The notes under the pieces: generated by a model | Told to the model about the DNA's origin: nothing | Database searches by the model: none | What the model saw: the letters and a program-made list of their open reading frames with translations, nothing else | Shown here: piece by piece, positions 13,147 through 22,940 of the stretch | Layout of the letters: the number at the start of each line of letters is the position of its first letter | Numbering within the stretch: the first letter of the stretch is position 1 | Assembly: GCA_029337695.3 (NCBI GenBank) | Contig: GCA_029337695.3_4851.1 | Direction: 5' to 3' (one strand) | Origin: a phage | DNA length: 46,785 nucleotides | Program-made: the position numbers and the translations under genes

Positions 13147-13166
13147 TACTGTATATAAAAACAGTA
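13147..13166. promoter_or_regulatory. near-consensus LexA (SOS) box
   Basis: TACTGTATATAAAAACAGTA matches the E. coli LexA consensus TACTGTATATATATACAGTA at 18 of 20 positions with intact CTGT-N8-ACAG. Confidence 0.65.
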
Positions 13167-13228
13167 AAAAGGAGTGCAGATCATGCTATGCTTTGGCGGG
13201 ATAGCTTACTTCTACAGAGGGTATTAAT

Positions 13229-13453
13229 ATGTTACTGACTACAAATGAAAAAGCTTTTCTCAAGATGCTGACTGTTTCCGAAGGAACCAGCACTAGCAAG
13301 TACACCAAAAATAACGGTTACGATGTAATTGTTAATGGCATTGGTGGTGAACCAAAGACCTTTACTGACTACAGCAAGCACCCCAATGTGCTGGTTACTG
13401 TAAACAACAAAGGTCTTAAGTCTACCGCTGCTGGGGCATACCAGATTTTGTAG
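13229..13453 (+). pseudogene. truncated lambda R-like lytic transglycosylase (N-terminal ~70 aa only)
   Basis: KAFLKMLTVSEGT...GYDVIVNG...FTDYSKHP...LKSTAAGAYQIL parallels the lambda R N-terminus block by block and then hits TAG where R continues about 90 more residues. Confidence 0.55.
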
Positions 13454-13461
13454 CCCATGAC

Positions 13462-14049
13462 GTGTATTTAAACGGAAGTTCTGGAAAGGACGTTATTGTG
13501 GAGTCCGTCGCATCGCAATCTGCAACGATAGCTACCACAAACTTATCTCTGAGTGGCAACTTAACAAGAGGGAGGGTATTTAATACGCCGACAGGGAATA
13601 AATTAATGGCTATCACATTTGACTCAGGTAGCCATGATTTTTCTGGTAGCGGCACCGTTAACGGTTCGACTGTATCTGACGGACTTCACGCCGCTACATG
13701 TACCGAATTTTCATTCCCTGGCGCTGGTTTGTTCGAGATGGTAGCTTCAAGAACGACAATAACATCATGGAGATGGTACGTGTGGGGAGTTAACTCACGC
13801 CTACAATCTGGCTCGGCGGACATTAGTATAACGTCAGGTATTACCATGGGTAGTGTTTACACAAAGCCGGGGGAGTGGATTAGCACTTTCGGTGTAGGAA
13901 AGGCATCTGCCACTGGCACTGTAGCGCTATACGTTTCCACAGGAGGAGGTTCGGGAGCTACGGTTAGATTCAGTGACTTTTTCATCGCTGAGTTTACGAC
14001 GCAAGCTCAGGCTTTAGCTTTCGCCAATTCAAGGATGTCGTTATCATAA
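13462..14049 (+). CDS. hypothetical Ser/Gly/Thr-rich protein
   Basis: 195-aa ORF with GTG start and no clear RBS, different frame from the R fragment; could be a domain remnant. Confidence 0.3.
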   Translation: MYLNGSSGKDVIVESVASQSATIATTNLSLSGNLTRGRVFNTPTGNKLMAITFDSGSHDFSGSGTVNGSTVSDGLHAATCTEFSFPGAGLFEMVASRTTITSWRWYVWGVNSRLQSGSADISITSGITMGSVYTKPGEWISTFGVGKASATGTVALYVSTGGGSGATVRFSDFFIAEFTTQAQALAFANSRMSLS

Positions 14050-14080
14050 AAAACAACCCCGCTTCGGCGGGGTTAGTTTC
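14048..14080. terminator. bidirectional rho-independent terminator
   Basis: AACCCCGC-ttcg-GCGGGGTT hairpin flanked by A and T runs between convergent genes. Confidence 0.75.
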
Positions 14081-14084
14081 ATCA

Positions 14085-14594
14085 TCAGAAGGGAATATCG
14101 TCTTCGAAGTCCATCGGCGGCTCATTTACTCCTTGTGTGCTTTGCTGTTTTGGTGGCTGCTGCTGTTGTTGATTTGTTACACATCCGCCTTGAGGTTGTT
14201 GGCCTGATTGCTGGCGTGGTTGTTGCTGACCAGAATCATCACGCTTACCACCAAGCATCTGCATGACTCCGCCCATCTGTGGGATAACAATCTCAGTGGT
14301 ATATCTGTCTACGCCGTTGCTGTCAGTCCACTTACGAGTGCGTAGCTGGCCTTCTATATAAACCTGAGAACCTTTGCGAAGGTATTCTCCTGCAACTTCC
14401 GCAAGTTTCCCGAATATTACCACGCGATGCCATTCAGTCTGTTCTTTCTTTTCTCCTGTTTGCTTGTCTTTCCACTGCTCAGATGTTGCAACAGAAAGGT
14501 TGGCAATTGAAGAGCCTGATGCTGAATATTTAACTTCAGGGTCGTTACCAACTCGACCAAGGATTATGCACTTATTAATACCAATCGAAGACAT
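14085..14594 (-). CDS. ssb: single-stranded DNA-binding protein
   Basis: OB-fold-like N-terminus, Gln/Pro/Gly-rich linker and acidic C-terminal tail ending DDIPF. Confidence 0.85.
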   Translation of the reverse strand: MSSIGINKCIILGRVGNDPEVKYSASGSSIANLSVATSEQWKDKQTGEKKEQTEWHRVVIFGKLAEVAGEYLRKGSQVYIEGQLRTRKWTDSNGVDRYTTEIVIPQMGGVMQMLGGKRDDSGQQQPRQQSGQQPQGGCVTNQQQQQPPKQQSTQGVNEPPMDFEDDIPF

Positions 14595-15112
14595 TACTTG
14601 AATCTCCCGTTTTTATCTCTTAATCTGCCATTATGATTCTCTGTGGCGTGTAATGATGCGTGCTCTGACTTCGTCATAAGCATTAGGTTACTTGGATGGT
14701 TGTTTGTTTTATCATGGTCTATATGATGAACGCATTCATTGTGAAACAACCTCCTCCCAATAATGCCTTCCATAACTACGACATGCTCTCCTCTTCCTTT
14801 GTTTTCACCCATAGTTATCTCGACATAACCATTCGGTTTTACAGAGCGACCCTTGCCAACTCCTTTCTTTGATTTTGATATATTTTGCTTCCATTCTTCA
14901 GTAAACTTTCGTTTTTTACCCCTAAGTCCTGAACCAAGTCTTCCCTCTGCGGCAGCAATTCTTATTGCATCTCCTCTGCTTCTCAATATTCCGGCTTTCT
15001 TAAATCTAAACCTCAATGTTGACATGGCTATTCCTGTTTCATTGGAGATTTGAGGGATGCTCATGCCAGACAAATACATATCAAACTCATTCATATGCAC
15101 CTCCTTGTGCAA
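14594..15112 (-). CDS. HNH homing endonuclease with N-terminal HTH
   Basis: C-terminal [27 protein letters not shown]; inserted between ssb and erf. Confidence 0.75.
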   Translation of the reverse strand: MHKEVHMNEFDMYLSGMSIPQISNETGIAMSTLRFRFKKAGILRSRGDAIRIAAAEGRLGSGLRGKKRKFTEEWKQNISKSKKGVGKGRSVKPNGYVEITMGENKGRGEHVVVMEGIIGRRLFHNECVHHIDHDKTNNHPSNLMLMTKSEHASLHATENHNGRLRDKNGRFK

Positions 15113-15174
15113 TATAGTAATTTACAACCATTAAGTCAACTTTTAATTACTTTATTTACGCCGCGTGCCATTTA

Positions 15175-15834
15175 TCAAAATCCTTCAATTGGAGTTGGTT
15201 TATGTTCTGGTTTTTCTTCCTGCGGTTCTGGCTGCTGTGGTTGCGGTTTAGCCAGTTTGGCAGGGTTGAATGATTCGCCTGATACCATGAATTTAGCCTT
15301 CATCTCCTGATAAGCGCCAACAATAACGCGAGTTGCTGCATCATCACCACGAAATGCCTTGTATTCTTCGCCATAGATTGAAGCTAATTCTTCCATGCTG
15401 GATGCGTTGCGAATCAATGCAACTGCGTCTTTTGGTGATTTGCGAGCGGCATTACCGTCATCATCAGCCTGAGCAATACCAAACATTGCCGCGATGGAAT
15501 ATCTGCGTGCATACGTCATTGCGGAGCCATACCCCTGCGCATCCTTCTTAGCTACTGGCATTGGCATCACTGATGACATGTACTCGCCAGATTCATGCAT
15601 TATCGTTGTTTCAAGTTTAAGCACATCCATTGAATCACCATCAATGGCATTCTGGATGATTATAAGACCGTTAGCCTCAAGCGCTGGACGTATTGCATCA
15701 AGGAATGACTCAAGGTTTGCGTAATTGCTTTTCAGGTGTGGGTTTTTGGCGTTTTTCTTTGCACCACTACTCATCACCTTGCGAGCCTCAACCAGAGCCT
15801 TAATCAGGTTAGCTTTCTGTTCAGAGAAAATCAT
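15175..15834 (-). CDS. erf: Erf-family single-strand annealing protein
   Basis: 219 aa in a recombination module next to SSB and exonuclease; Pro/Gln-rich C-terminal tail. Confidence 0.6.
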   Translation of the reverse strand: MIFSEQKANLIKALVEARKVMSSGAKKNAKNPHLKSNYANLESFLDAIRPALEANGLIIIQNAIDGDSMDVLKLETTIMHESGEYMSSVMPMPVAKKDAQGYGSAMTYARRYSIAAMFGIAQADDDGNAARKSPKDAVALIRNASSMEELASIYGEEYKAFRGDDAATRVIVGAYQEMKAKFMVSGESFNPAKLAKPQPQQPEPQEEKPEHKPTPIEGF

Positions 15835-15850
15835 TTCATCACCTCACTAA

Positions 15851-16807
15851 TTATAAATTAAACTGTTTCTTGAACCATTCAGGCGTTTCCATTTCGATGA
15901 CAGGATTACCCATTGAATAACCAGGCCATGAATTGGCTTTTTTGCACGCCTTGTAAATTTCCATTGCACCATTCAACTGAATGCGACCGATTCGTAATTG
16001 CTCTTCAGTCAGGCGAATTAACGCAGGAATAAACGGCGCTTTCTTTTCCTGAACTAAAAGGTTTACCGAACGCGGTGCATGACCATATGCCGCAACAAAC
16101 ATGTCGTGCTGCATCGCCATTTTCATAAAGTAGCCAAGTCGCGCAGCATGACGGAAAAACTCATCAGGCTTGGCACTAACTGCTGTTTTGTAGTCTATGA
16201 TGTCACCACCTTTTGTCAGGCAGTCAAAACGAACCTTTGCTTTTTCTCCGTTAAGTTCGCCTAGGATTGATACTTCAGCATAAGCACCGGCAAGAAGACT
16301 GCTGTAATAGCTGTTTGCATGGATTACAGCACGCATTTGCTGAATTGCATCATAATCACCACCTTCAAGCATTTGCTTTCCAGCCGCAGCTTTTTCAGCT
16401 TCTTCGCGGATAACATCGTAAATCTTCACTGGCTCGCCAGTTGCACGAATGATTTTGATCACCTCAGATTTCGACTTCCCTGATAGTCCTTTTATTCCTC
16501 GTTCTTTCGCCCATGAGTTCATATCGGCAGTAGTTACAAGCACCGTTGGTTTCCCATCTTTGTCTTTTGGAAAATCACCTACAACCGGCATTCGTGCATA
16601 TTCCGCTTCGAAACGTTCAGGTTCAAGCAGAGCTGTATGGCTTCCCGTGCCGAAGATAAGAGCTTTTGATTGCTCATCTTCTTCGTCTTTGTAGCGCCAT
16701 GCTGCGGGGCATCTGTCATATATGTTCCACAAACCAGAACCATTAATATGCTCTGTGTCTGCGTGGTATTGCTCATTGGTTAATTCATTATTGAAATAGA
16801 CTTTCAT
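15851..16807 (-). CDS. PD-(D/E)XK family recombination exonuclease
   Basis: Candidate D...(I)DYK nuclease motif (RFDCLTKGGDIIDYKT); adjacent to erf. Start taken at MKVYF with a GAGG RBS. Confidence 0.55.
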   Translation of the reverse strand: MKVYFNNELTNEQYHADTEHINGSGLWNIYDRCPAAWRYKDEEDEQSKALIFGTGSHTALLEPERFEAEYARMPVVGDFPKDKDGKPTVLVTTADMNSWAKERGIKGLSGKSKSEVIKIIRATGEPVKIYDVIREEAEKAAAGKQMLEGGDYDAIQQMRAVIHANSYYSSLLAGAYAEVSILGELNGEKAKVRFDCLTKGGDIIDYKTAVSAKPDEFFRHAARLGYFMKMAMQHDMFVAAYGHAPRSVNLLVQEKKAPFIPALIRLTEEQLRIGRIQLNGAMEIYKACKKANSWPGYSMGNPVIEMETPEWFKKQFNL

Positions 16808-16844
16808 TGTTAACCTCACTCATCATCACGTAAATGAATCTACA

Positions 16845-17270
16845 TCAATCCACATCAAAAGGCAAGCCAAAATAGAAAAGTGTGGCTTTTTTTAGTTCAT
16901 CAAGACCGTAAGCGATGGCGGCATAATGACCAAGTCTGCACATCTCAGTTAACACAGAAGATTGCTCTTTACTTACTCTGCTTTTGCTTTTATCGCGACG
17001 CTTTGACTCAATCATCCCGCAACTGTGATTTACCCCAGGAGTCATTATCACGTTGTCGCCTATTCCAGTCTTAACTCCCATCTTCTGGCGCTTCAGCACA
17101 AACTGCACCATGCTTGATGTTCCAGTTTCGTTTGGTACATGAAACCACAGAACATCAGGAAAGCGGTGTTGCATCCATGTGCCGTAACCAATCTGTTCAG
17201 TCTCCTCTTTCGGACATTCTCCGCGATAACCGCTATCAAATACCCATATACCGCTATCAAGCTGCTTCAC
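16845..17270 (-). CDS. VRR-NUC domain nuclease
   Basis: 141 aa with HVPNETG...KRQKMGVKTGIGDNVIM fitting the VRR-NUC pattern; coupled to the helicase. Confidence 0.55.
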   Translation of the reverse strand: MKQLDSGIWVFDSGYRGECPKEETEQIGYGTWMQHRFPDVLWFHVPNETGTSSMVQFVLKRQKMGVKTGIGDNVIMTPGVNHSCGMIESKRRDKSKSRVSKEQSSVLTEMCRLGHYAAIAYGLDELKKATLFYFGLPFDVD

Positions 17271-19194
17271 TTTGTTCTCCTGTAAAATCTTTTCTGTGGA
17301 TTATGTCTCGACCTTTATCATTGATACGATGCGTGATGCGTTTTGGCGATTTAATCAATCCCGCATACATCATGAATTGCTTGGCGTTCTGGCATTTCAG
17401 AATTTTCCCAGCTATTGATTTATCATCAAGGTGAGGGAAGATGGCCTTTACCTTGAACATGTTTTTCATGTGGGTTGCTCCGCCGTAAGGGTAGAAAACC
17501 TCGTTAGCCCAGCCTTCTTTGCCATCACAACGATTAATCCAGTAGCGATATAAAATTCCCTCTCCGTCCTTCGTCAACTGGACCTTGAAGTCCATAACAT
17601 CAGCCCATTCGTTGTCGGTATACGCACGCTCATTCAGTGCCGCATTCGGGTCGCGCAAAACGTGATCGCAATGTCGGCAATAGCGCGCCGTTGGGTCGTT
17701 TTTAGTACCACATCCATCATCAAAAATGCGGATTCCGTGCTTATCAAAACCGCAACGGATGTAACTGAAAAACTCTTCGCAGCGACCATCTGGAGATAGT
17801 GCATCTTTGCCAATACAGCGTCGCGCATATGGGCTGTTCATTGTTCCGCACTTAGGACACGGAACCTGTTCGCCACTGCGTTTTGAACGTTGCGCTTCAG
17901 CCTCTTCCAGTATTGGGTCTTCATACAGCTGACCAAGCTCAAACATCGTTCCTGAGAAATCCAGAACCAAATGGTCTTCTTTATGATACCCGGCATCAAT
18001 TTGCTCTTTCTTCAGCAAGCGCATTCCGCGACCAAGCAACTGAACAAGAAGAGTGAGTGACATTATTTTTCGCAATATCACGCTTGTATCCCAAAGCGGG
18101 ATGTTGACGCCAGTCGTCAAACAACCAATCTGGAATACATACTTAATCTTGCCAGTGTATGCGTCTTTTAACGCCTTGCGTCTGGCTTTCTGTCCCATAT
18201 CCTCGGTGACGATAGCATAACTTCCTTCGGGTAAATATTTAGCCGCTTCCTGACAGTGTTTTTTGCCAGCGCATGTAATCAATACGCCGTTCCTGTTTTT
18301 AGTCAACTCCATAACCTTGAGCATAATTTTCTGCGTCAGCGTACCTTGCTCAAGGATTTCTTTTTGCATCTGCTTGAGCTGCTCGGCAGTGAAGTCCTGC
18401 GTGCCATCGCTTCCTGACGCTTCAAATGCTGACAGGTCGTAATGCAAATCATCAATATCATGCAGGCCAAAAATCGTAGGCACAAGAAACCCAATATCAA
18501 CAAGATATTTGGTGTCAATGTTTACTATTTCATGCTTCCAGTAAGCACCCTTAATCGAGTCTGTGCCACGAAACGGGCTGCCTGTGTATCCAATAACAAT
18601 GACATCGTGACCGTACTTATCCTTACATCTGCGGTTAAGTTCAGTCATGATGACGCCATATTGCGTTTCAGGACTTTCGCTTACCACGTCCTCCCAGTTC
18701 ATCTGGTGGCATTCGTCAATAAGGATATAGCGAGGGCAAAAATCTGAAAGTGCACCTTTAGAAAGAATATTACCTGAGTCATCCTTCTTATCGAAAAGGC
18801 CATTTATTATTGTTCCCTCAGTGCCAGCAATAAGAGGGTATGCCGTTGACTTTCTGCCAAGAGACGCGCTGAATAGTGAGTTTTTAACACTCAGATTCCA
18901 CAGCTCTTCCGCATCCTGCTCAATAATCTCTCCCTGACGTGCAATAACAAGCCCTTCCCAACCCATATCCTGAAAGCGCCGCGCAATCATGGCAATCATG
19001 ATCGTCTTACCAGCACCTACCGATGCCGTCACAAAACTTGGTTTCGGGTCTCTGCCAAACTTGCGGATAACTTCAGCCGTCTTTTCATAAACCAGCCATT
19101 GATATGGTCGCGGCTCAATTTCCCCTGTATGAACAACCGACCGCAATTTATCTATGTCAAGTTCCGCAATCATTGCGTCTATTTTATGCGTCAT
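17257..19194 (-). CDS. SF2 DEAD/DEAH-box helicase with C-terminal zinc ribbons
   Basis: Walker A VGAGKT, DECH box ILIDECHQM, C-terminal CxxC clusters. Confidence 0.8.
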   Translation of the reverse strand: MTHKIDAMIAELDIDKLRSVVHTGEIEPRPYQWLVYEKTAEVIRKFGRDPKPSFVTASVGAGKTIMIAMIARRFQDMGWEGLVIARQGEIIEQDAEELWNLSVKNSLFSASLGRKSTAYPLIAGTEGTIINGLFDKKDDSGNILSKGALSDFCPRYILIDECHQMNWEDVVSESPETQYGVIMTELNRRCKDKYGHDVIVIGYTGSPFRGTDSIKGAYWKHEIVNIDTKYLVDIGFLVPTIFGLHDIDDLHYDLSAFEASGSDGTQDFTAEQLKQMQKEILEQGTLTQKIMLKVMELTKNRNGVLITCAGKKHCQEAAKYLPEGSYAIVTEDMGQKARRKALKDAYTGKIKYVFQIGCLTTGVNIPLWDTSVILRKIMSLTLLVQLLGRGMRLLKKEQIDAGYHKEDHLVLDFSGTMFELGQLYEDPILEEAEAQRSKRSGEQVPCPKCGTMNSPYARRCIGKDALSPDGRCEEFFSYIRCGFDKHGIRIFDDGCGTKNDPTARYCRHCDHVLRDPNAALNERAYTDNEWADVMDFKVQLTKDGEGILYRYWINRCDGKEGWANEVFYPYGGATHMKNMFKVKAIFPHLDDKSIAGKILKCQNAKQFMMYAGLIKSPKRITHRINDKGRDIIHRKDFTGEQSEAA

Positions 19195-19269
19195 AGCAAC
19201 TAACCTTTGTTGATGTTTCTACGTCAGTTAGCTTATACTCAATCTACACCAACAATCAAGGGCCAATTT

Positions 19270-20223
19270 ATGAGATACGACTGGAAAGACATTGAGCCAA
19301 AAATGCTCGGCAACTGGCAGGCCGCCATCATGTCTATCGTCAATGTGGATAGCAGAGTTTTCAATGGCAAGCACCAGCCGTGCCCGTCATGCTCAGGCAA
19401 AGACAGATATCGCTTTGATGACAACTTCGAAAAAAAAGGCGATGGCGGTGCAATATGCAGTCAGTGCGGTTCCGGTAGCGGTATGAACTGGCTGATGAAA
19501 CTCTCCGGCATGAGCTTTCCTGAAGCACTTGAGGCGCTGGGAGGATTCCTGAACATGCACCCTCGTGAAAAACTTGAGGCAATCAGGAAGGAGATACCGA
19601 AGATAAATTACAACGATGACTTCATCACCGAGCAGGAAGTCGCCGCAATCATGGCTAAAACGACGCGTGTCGCGATGAATGAGTGGACTTTGATAAATGG
19701 TATTGGTTGCGACGTTAATGTCGTCAGAGGGAAATCTGGAGAGCTTATTGCGGTTGAGATGATGCGCGCTGACACAATGAAGCCGTGCAACGTGGCATTC
19801 ATTGGCGTGGATGGTGATGCATTCAGAACATTCTACAAAGCAGGGTACAACAAAGACTCAGCCATCAACGGTAAACTCACTCGCGGCGCGATAAGCACAA
19901 TAGGTGAAGACAACGGAAAGTTCATTTATCTTGTTTCTGATTATGCCGATGCGTGGAAATGCCATTACTTCACTGGCGCTCATGTCTGGTGCTGCTGGTC
20001 GCCGGAAAACATGTGGGAAGTGGTGCGTTCTGTTAGCGATGAGACGAAAGCACGGTTACGCTGCATAGTTAATTATAAATTTGACGAACTTTGCGCCGCA
20101 GAAAATGCAGGACTACCGGTGATGCTGCCTGATGATGCGGACACTATCAGGATGGCGAAGAGAATCAGGAGAAAGATTTATGACGCTGGCGAGTTGATAG
20201 AAAAAATGTCAGTCATCAGATAA
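19270..20223 (+). CDS. DNA primase (zinc-ribbon type)
   Basis: N-terminal CPSCSGKDRYRF...CSQCG zinc-binding motif; divergent from the helicase. Start set at MRYDWKD downstream of the promoter motifs. Confidence 0.6.
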   Translation: MRYDWKDIEPKMLGNWQAAIMSIVNVDSRVFNGKHQPCPSCSGKDRYRFDDNFEKKGDGGAICSQCGSGSGMNWLMKLSGMSFPEALEALGGFLNMHPREKLEAIRKEIPKINYNDDFITEQEVAAIMAKTTRVAMNEWTLINGIGCDVNVVRGKSGELIAVEMMRADTMKPCNVAFIGVDGDAFRTFYKAGYNKDSAINGKLTRGAISTIGEDNGKFIYLVSDYADAWKCHYFTGAHVWCCWSPENMWEVVRSVSDETKARLRCIVNYKFDELCAAENAGLPVMLPDDADTIRMAKRIRRKIYDAGELIEKMSVIR

Positions 20224-20252
20224 AAGAAACCCTCCAATCGGAGGGTTTTGTT
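20224..20252. terminator. bidirectional rho-independent terminator
   Basis: AAACCCTCC-aatc-GGAGGGTTT hairpin with T-run between convergent genes. Confidence 0.75.
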
Positions 20253-20667
20253 ATTCCTTGAACTCTGGCGCTTCAGGCCAGAAGGCTATATTTCGCAGCG
20301 ACTTACCTGTGTGATTGCACCAGTATATTCCTGAGTCATCATACTTGGCAGTAACCTTGACGCGATCAGCATCAATAATAACAACCTCCTGTCCATCTTT
20401 AGGATCGAAAAGACGCGCATCTTTCCAGTTAGCAATCTCATTAAGGGAAAGAAGGACATAACCAGGAAGATAAGCGCCGACATCAGCGATGTGAACTATA
20501 GTTCTCTCTGTTCTCTCTCCTGTGTAGTCTCCATTCCACTCATAAAGAATGATCGCGTCTCCAATCTTAAAGTCACGGTCATTCTTTCTTAGTTCCGCCT
20601 TCTTGTGTCCGGTAACTACAGGCCAGAAGTGTTCAGGTAATATTTTAAGTTCGTGTGTTTTGCTCAT
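20251..20667 (-). CDS. DUF3850 (ASCH/PUA-like) domain protein
   Basis: N-terminus THELKILPEHFWPVVTGHKKAELRKNDRDFKIGD matches the DUF3850 signature; coupled to the upstream 530-aa gene. Confidence 0.6.
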   Translation of the reverse strand: MSKTHELKILPEHFWPVVTGHKKAELRKNDRDFKIGDAIILYEWNGDYTGERTERTIVHIADVGAYLPGYVLLSLNEIANWKDARLFDPKDGQEVVIIDADRVKVTAKYDDSGIYWCNHTGKSLRNIAFWPEAPEFKE

Positions 20668-22259
20668 TACAACCCCCTCATAAATCTCATGCGCTTAACG
20701 GCAGCGGAAAGATAATTTCTAACAGTTGAGTTCATCCGCAGACCATCCCATGAACCATCACTACACATCTTAATTGCTCTTGGATTATCCCTGTCCAGCA
20801 TTAGTGGTGAATGTTTGTTCTCCTCAATAGCAAGGAGAACTTCATAAACAAATTTATCCGGCGTTAATGTGATGTTGTTCGAGTCAGCAGAATTGATTAT
20901 CTTCTCAACTCTGTCACGGCACAGCTTGTTCTTTATAACAGACAAGTAAGGCGTTTTAATGAATGCCTGTGATTCACAAATTCGCTTTATTTTTTCAACA
21001 ATATTCGACCACTCAGTATTCTCAAGCCCATCAAATGCCTGTTCACCCTCAAGGAATCTTTTCAGCCCCGAGAGGTGTTCAAGAACAGTGAGATAACCCC
21101 ACTCGATATGCTCCGTCGTAACTGATGGTGTCATTCCCTGACGACTTGACAGATCGGTATACGCCGCCAGAGTTGCAAGATCGACAATCATTAGACCCAT
21201 GCGAGGGATAACATCACCAACAACACCATCGCAATCACCAAGCTCACTTTCCAGTTTCATGGACAGAGATCTGTGCAGTTTTTTCGCATTATCATCAGCC
21301 CATACAACGTTAGTTTTCGCGGTAAGAACCCTACCTTTCCACTCATTGATTATTTTTCTTGAAAGCGTACCACTCACTTCCACATCCTTCATCGCTGGCA
21401 TTTCCTCACCAGCAAGATGCCCAAGCTGGAACAGTACGCGCCCCATACCGCCATCTTTCTGCCATGAACGCGCAGCATCTATTCCCTGCTCTGGCGTGAC
21501 AGTAATCAGCGGAACAAATTTTGCGTTTTCAATTCCACCGTCTTTTGTTGCAATTTCGTACTCATTCATTGCCGACTTTAGCGCTCTCCCAACGCTGTGG
21601 TCCATCATCGCAAGGCGCTTATAATCTATGACTCCTTTCCCATCATCGCCACCAGTAAGTGGCACTATCCATCCCTCAGCACTTGCTGCAGCCATGATGC
21701 GTTTTGGGTTTTGTTCCCACGTAAGGTTTTCAAGCAACTCCTTGATTATTGGTCTGTTAGGAACCCACACGCCGCCATCAGTTAGGCCTCTATACCACGC
21801 CATAGTACCGCCAAGATATGCATTGCGCGGGTTGTTCCAGTCTTCAAGATGTTGCTTGTCATCGTTAACAACGTAGAGCAAAGACCCGCCTCCAGCAATC
21901 AGGTCCAACTGCATCTGTTTCGTCGAGGTTGATTTGGATGCGCAAACTCTGGACCCTATTCCCAGTGCATTGGCATATGCCCTGACGAAACTCACCGGGG
22001 CGCCCTTACCTGCACCAGAGCGAGCTACCAGAAATATGCCAGTATTGCAGATACTACCTGTTGGACCAATCAAGTATCGTCCAGCCATCGCCTGAGCAAG
22101 ACCCAAAGCGCCAGTTAAACGATATCTTCCCCCGCCCTCACGGCGCTCAAACCCCCTTGCGATCTCATCCATAAACTCACCAAGTGCACCGGGAGCCTCC
22201 CGCTTTATGCCCATAGCCAGAGACTCAAAATCAATTGAACTCATCAATACACCCTCCAT
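20667..22259 (-). CDS. large hypothetical protein with degenerate P-loop-like motif
   Basis: 530 aa; VARSGAGKGAP (Walker A-like but Gly at the S/T position) and LLYVVNDDKQ (Walker B-like); no family recognised. Confidence 0.5.
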   Translation of the reverse strand: MEGVLMSSIDFESLAMGIKREAPGALGEFMDEIARGFERREGGGRYRLTGALGLAQAMAGRYLIGPTGSICNTGIFLVARSGAGKGAPVSFVRAYANALGIGSRVCASKSTSTKQMQLDLIAGGGSLLYVVNDDKQHLEDWNNPRNAYLGGTMAWYRGLTDGGVWVPNRPIIKELLENLTWEQNPKRIMAAASAEGWIVPLTGGDDGKGVIDYKRLAMMDHSVGRALKSAMNEYEIATKDGGIENAKFVPLITVTPEQGIDAARSWQKDGGMGRVLFQLGHLAGEEMPAMKDVEVSGTLSRKIINEWKGRVLTAKTNVVWADDNAKKLHRSLSMKLESELGDCDGVVGDVIPRMGLMIVDLATLAAYTDLSSRQGMTPSVTTEHIEWGYLTVLEHLSGLKRFLEGEQAFDGLENTEWSNIVEKIKRICESQAFIKTPYLSVIKNKLCRDRVEKIINSADSNNITLTPDKFVYEVLLAIEENKHSPLMLDRDNPRAIKMCSDGSWDGLRMNSTVRNYLSAAVKRMRFMRGL

Positions 22260-22573
22260 ACGCGCAAGAATTTACCCTGGATAACACCATGTTTCACCGT
22301 TAACACAGCACCCACCCTGTCAGCCTCAAATTTTAGCGCCTTCTGAAGTGACGTCATTGTCATCTGAAAACCTCGCTCTATATCGTATGCGTAGCACCCA
22401 TCTCTTCCACCAATCAAAATTGAAGTTGAATACCCGTTCTCAAAGTAAAACTGACACCCATCAGGAGCGGTAAGATTATTTATCACGTCGTGAGCAAGCG
22501 ATGTCGTAACAGGGAATATCGGCGCGCAACTCATACTCACCTCACTCAACTCGCTTAATATGCAAAACTTCAT
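22244..22573 (-). CDS. hypothetical protein
   Basis: 109-aa ORF (possibly starting at an internal Met) overlapping its neighbours. Confidence 0.4.
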   Translation of the reverse strand: MKFCILSELSEVSMSCAPIFPVTTSLAHDVINNLTAPDGCQFYFENGYSTSILIGGRDGCYAYDIERGFQMTMTSLQKALKFEADRVGAVLTVKHGVIQGKFLRVWRVY

Positions 22574-22790
22574 CGAAATATGAGCACGTTCTGAATTTCA
22601 TCCCGAAATCCTCACCAACCCTTCCGAGACACGCGCGAAATCTTTCAACAGACAGCCCTTTATCTGCAATATCCTCATAAGAAATCGAATTAACCTGACC
22701 AACATCAATATGTTTTGCAACGCGATACACGAACTCCATCTTTGAACCGTCACGATACATTTTGTTTCTCATAGTAACCTCCATCCGCAT
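22542..22790 (-). CDS. hypothetical protein
   Basis: 82-aa ORF, first gene downstream of the iteron region on the minus strand. Confidence 0.4.
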   Translation of the reverse strand: MRMEVTMRNKMYRDGSKMEFVYRVAKHIDVGQVNSISYEDIADKGLSVERFRACLGRVGEDFGMKFRTCSYFDEVLHIKRVE

Positions 22791-22940
22791 CCTGTTAGCA
22801 ACTATAGATAAAAAATAAAATTAACGCAACACAAAACAGGGCTAACCAGCAACAACAGCTACCACACCTAACAACTGGTCAGACCACCATCTCGTATCTG
22901 ATGTATGTGGATGGTTCCCGTCGTTCAATTTGCACTCGAT

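Noticed and set aside
13147-13166. The LexA box as evidence that the phage is temperate.
   Set aside because: No integrase, excisionase, CI/Cro-like repressor or attachment-site features were seen in the window; the box more likely regulates a local accessory gene.
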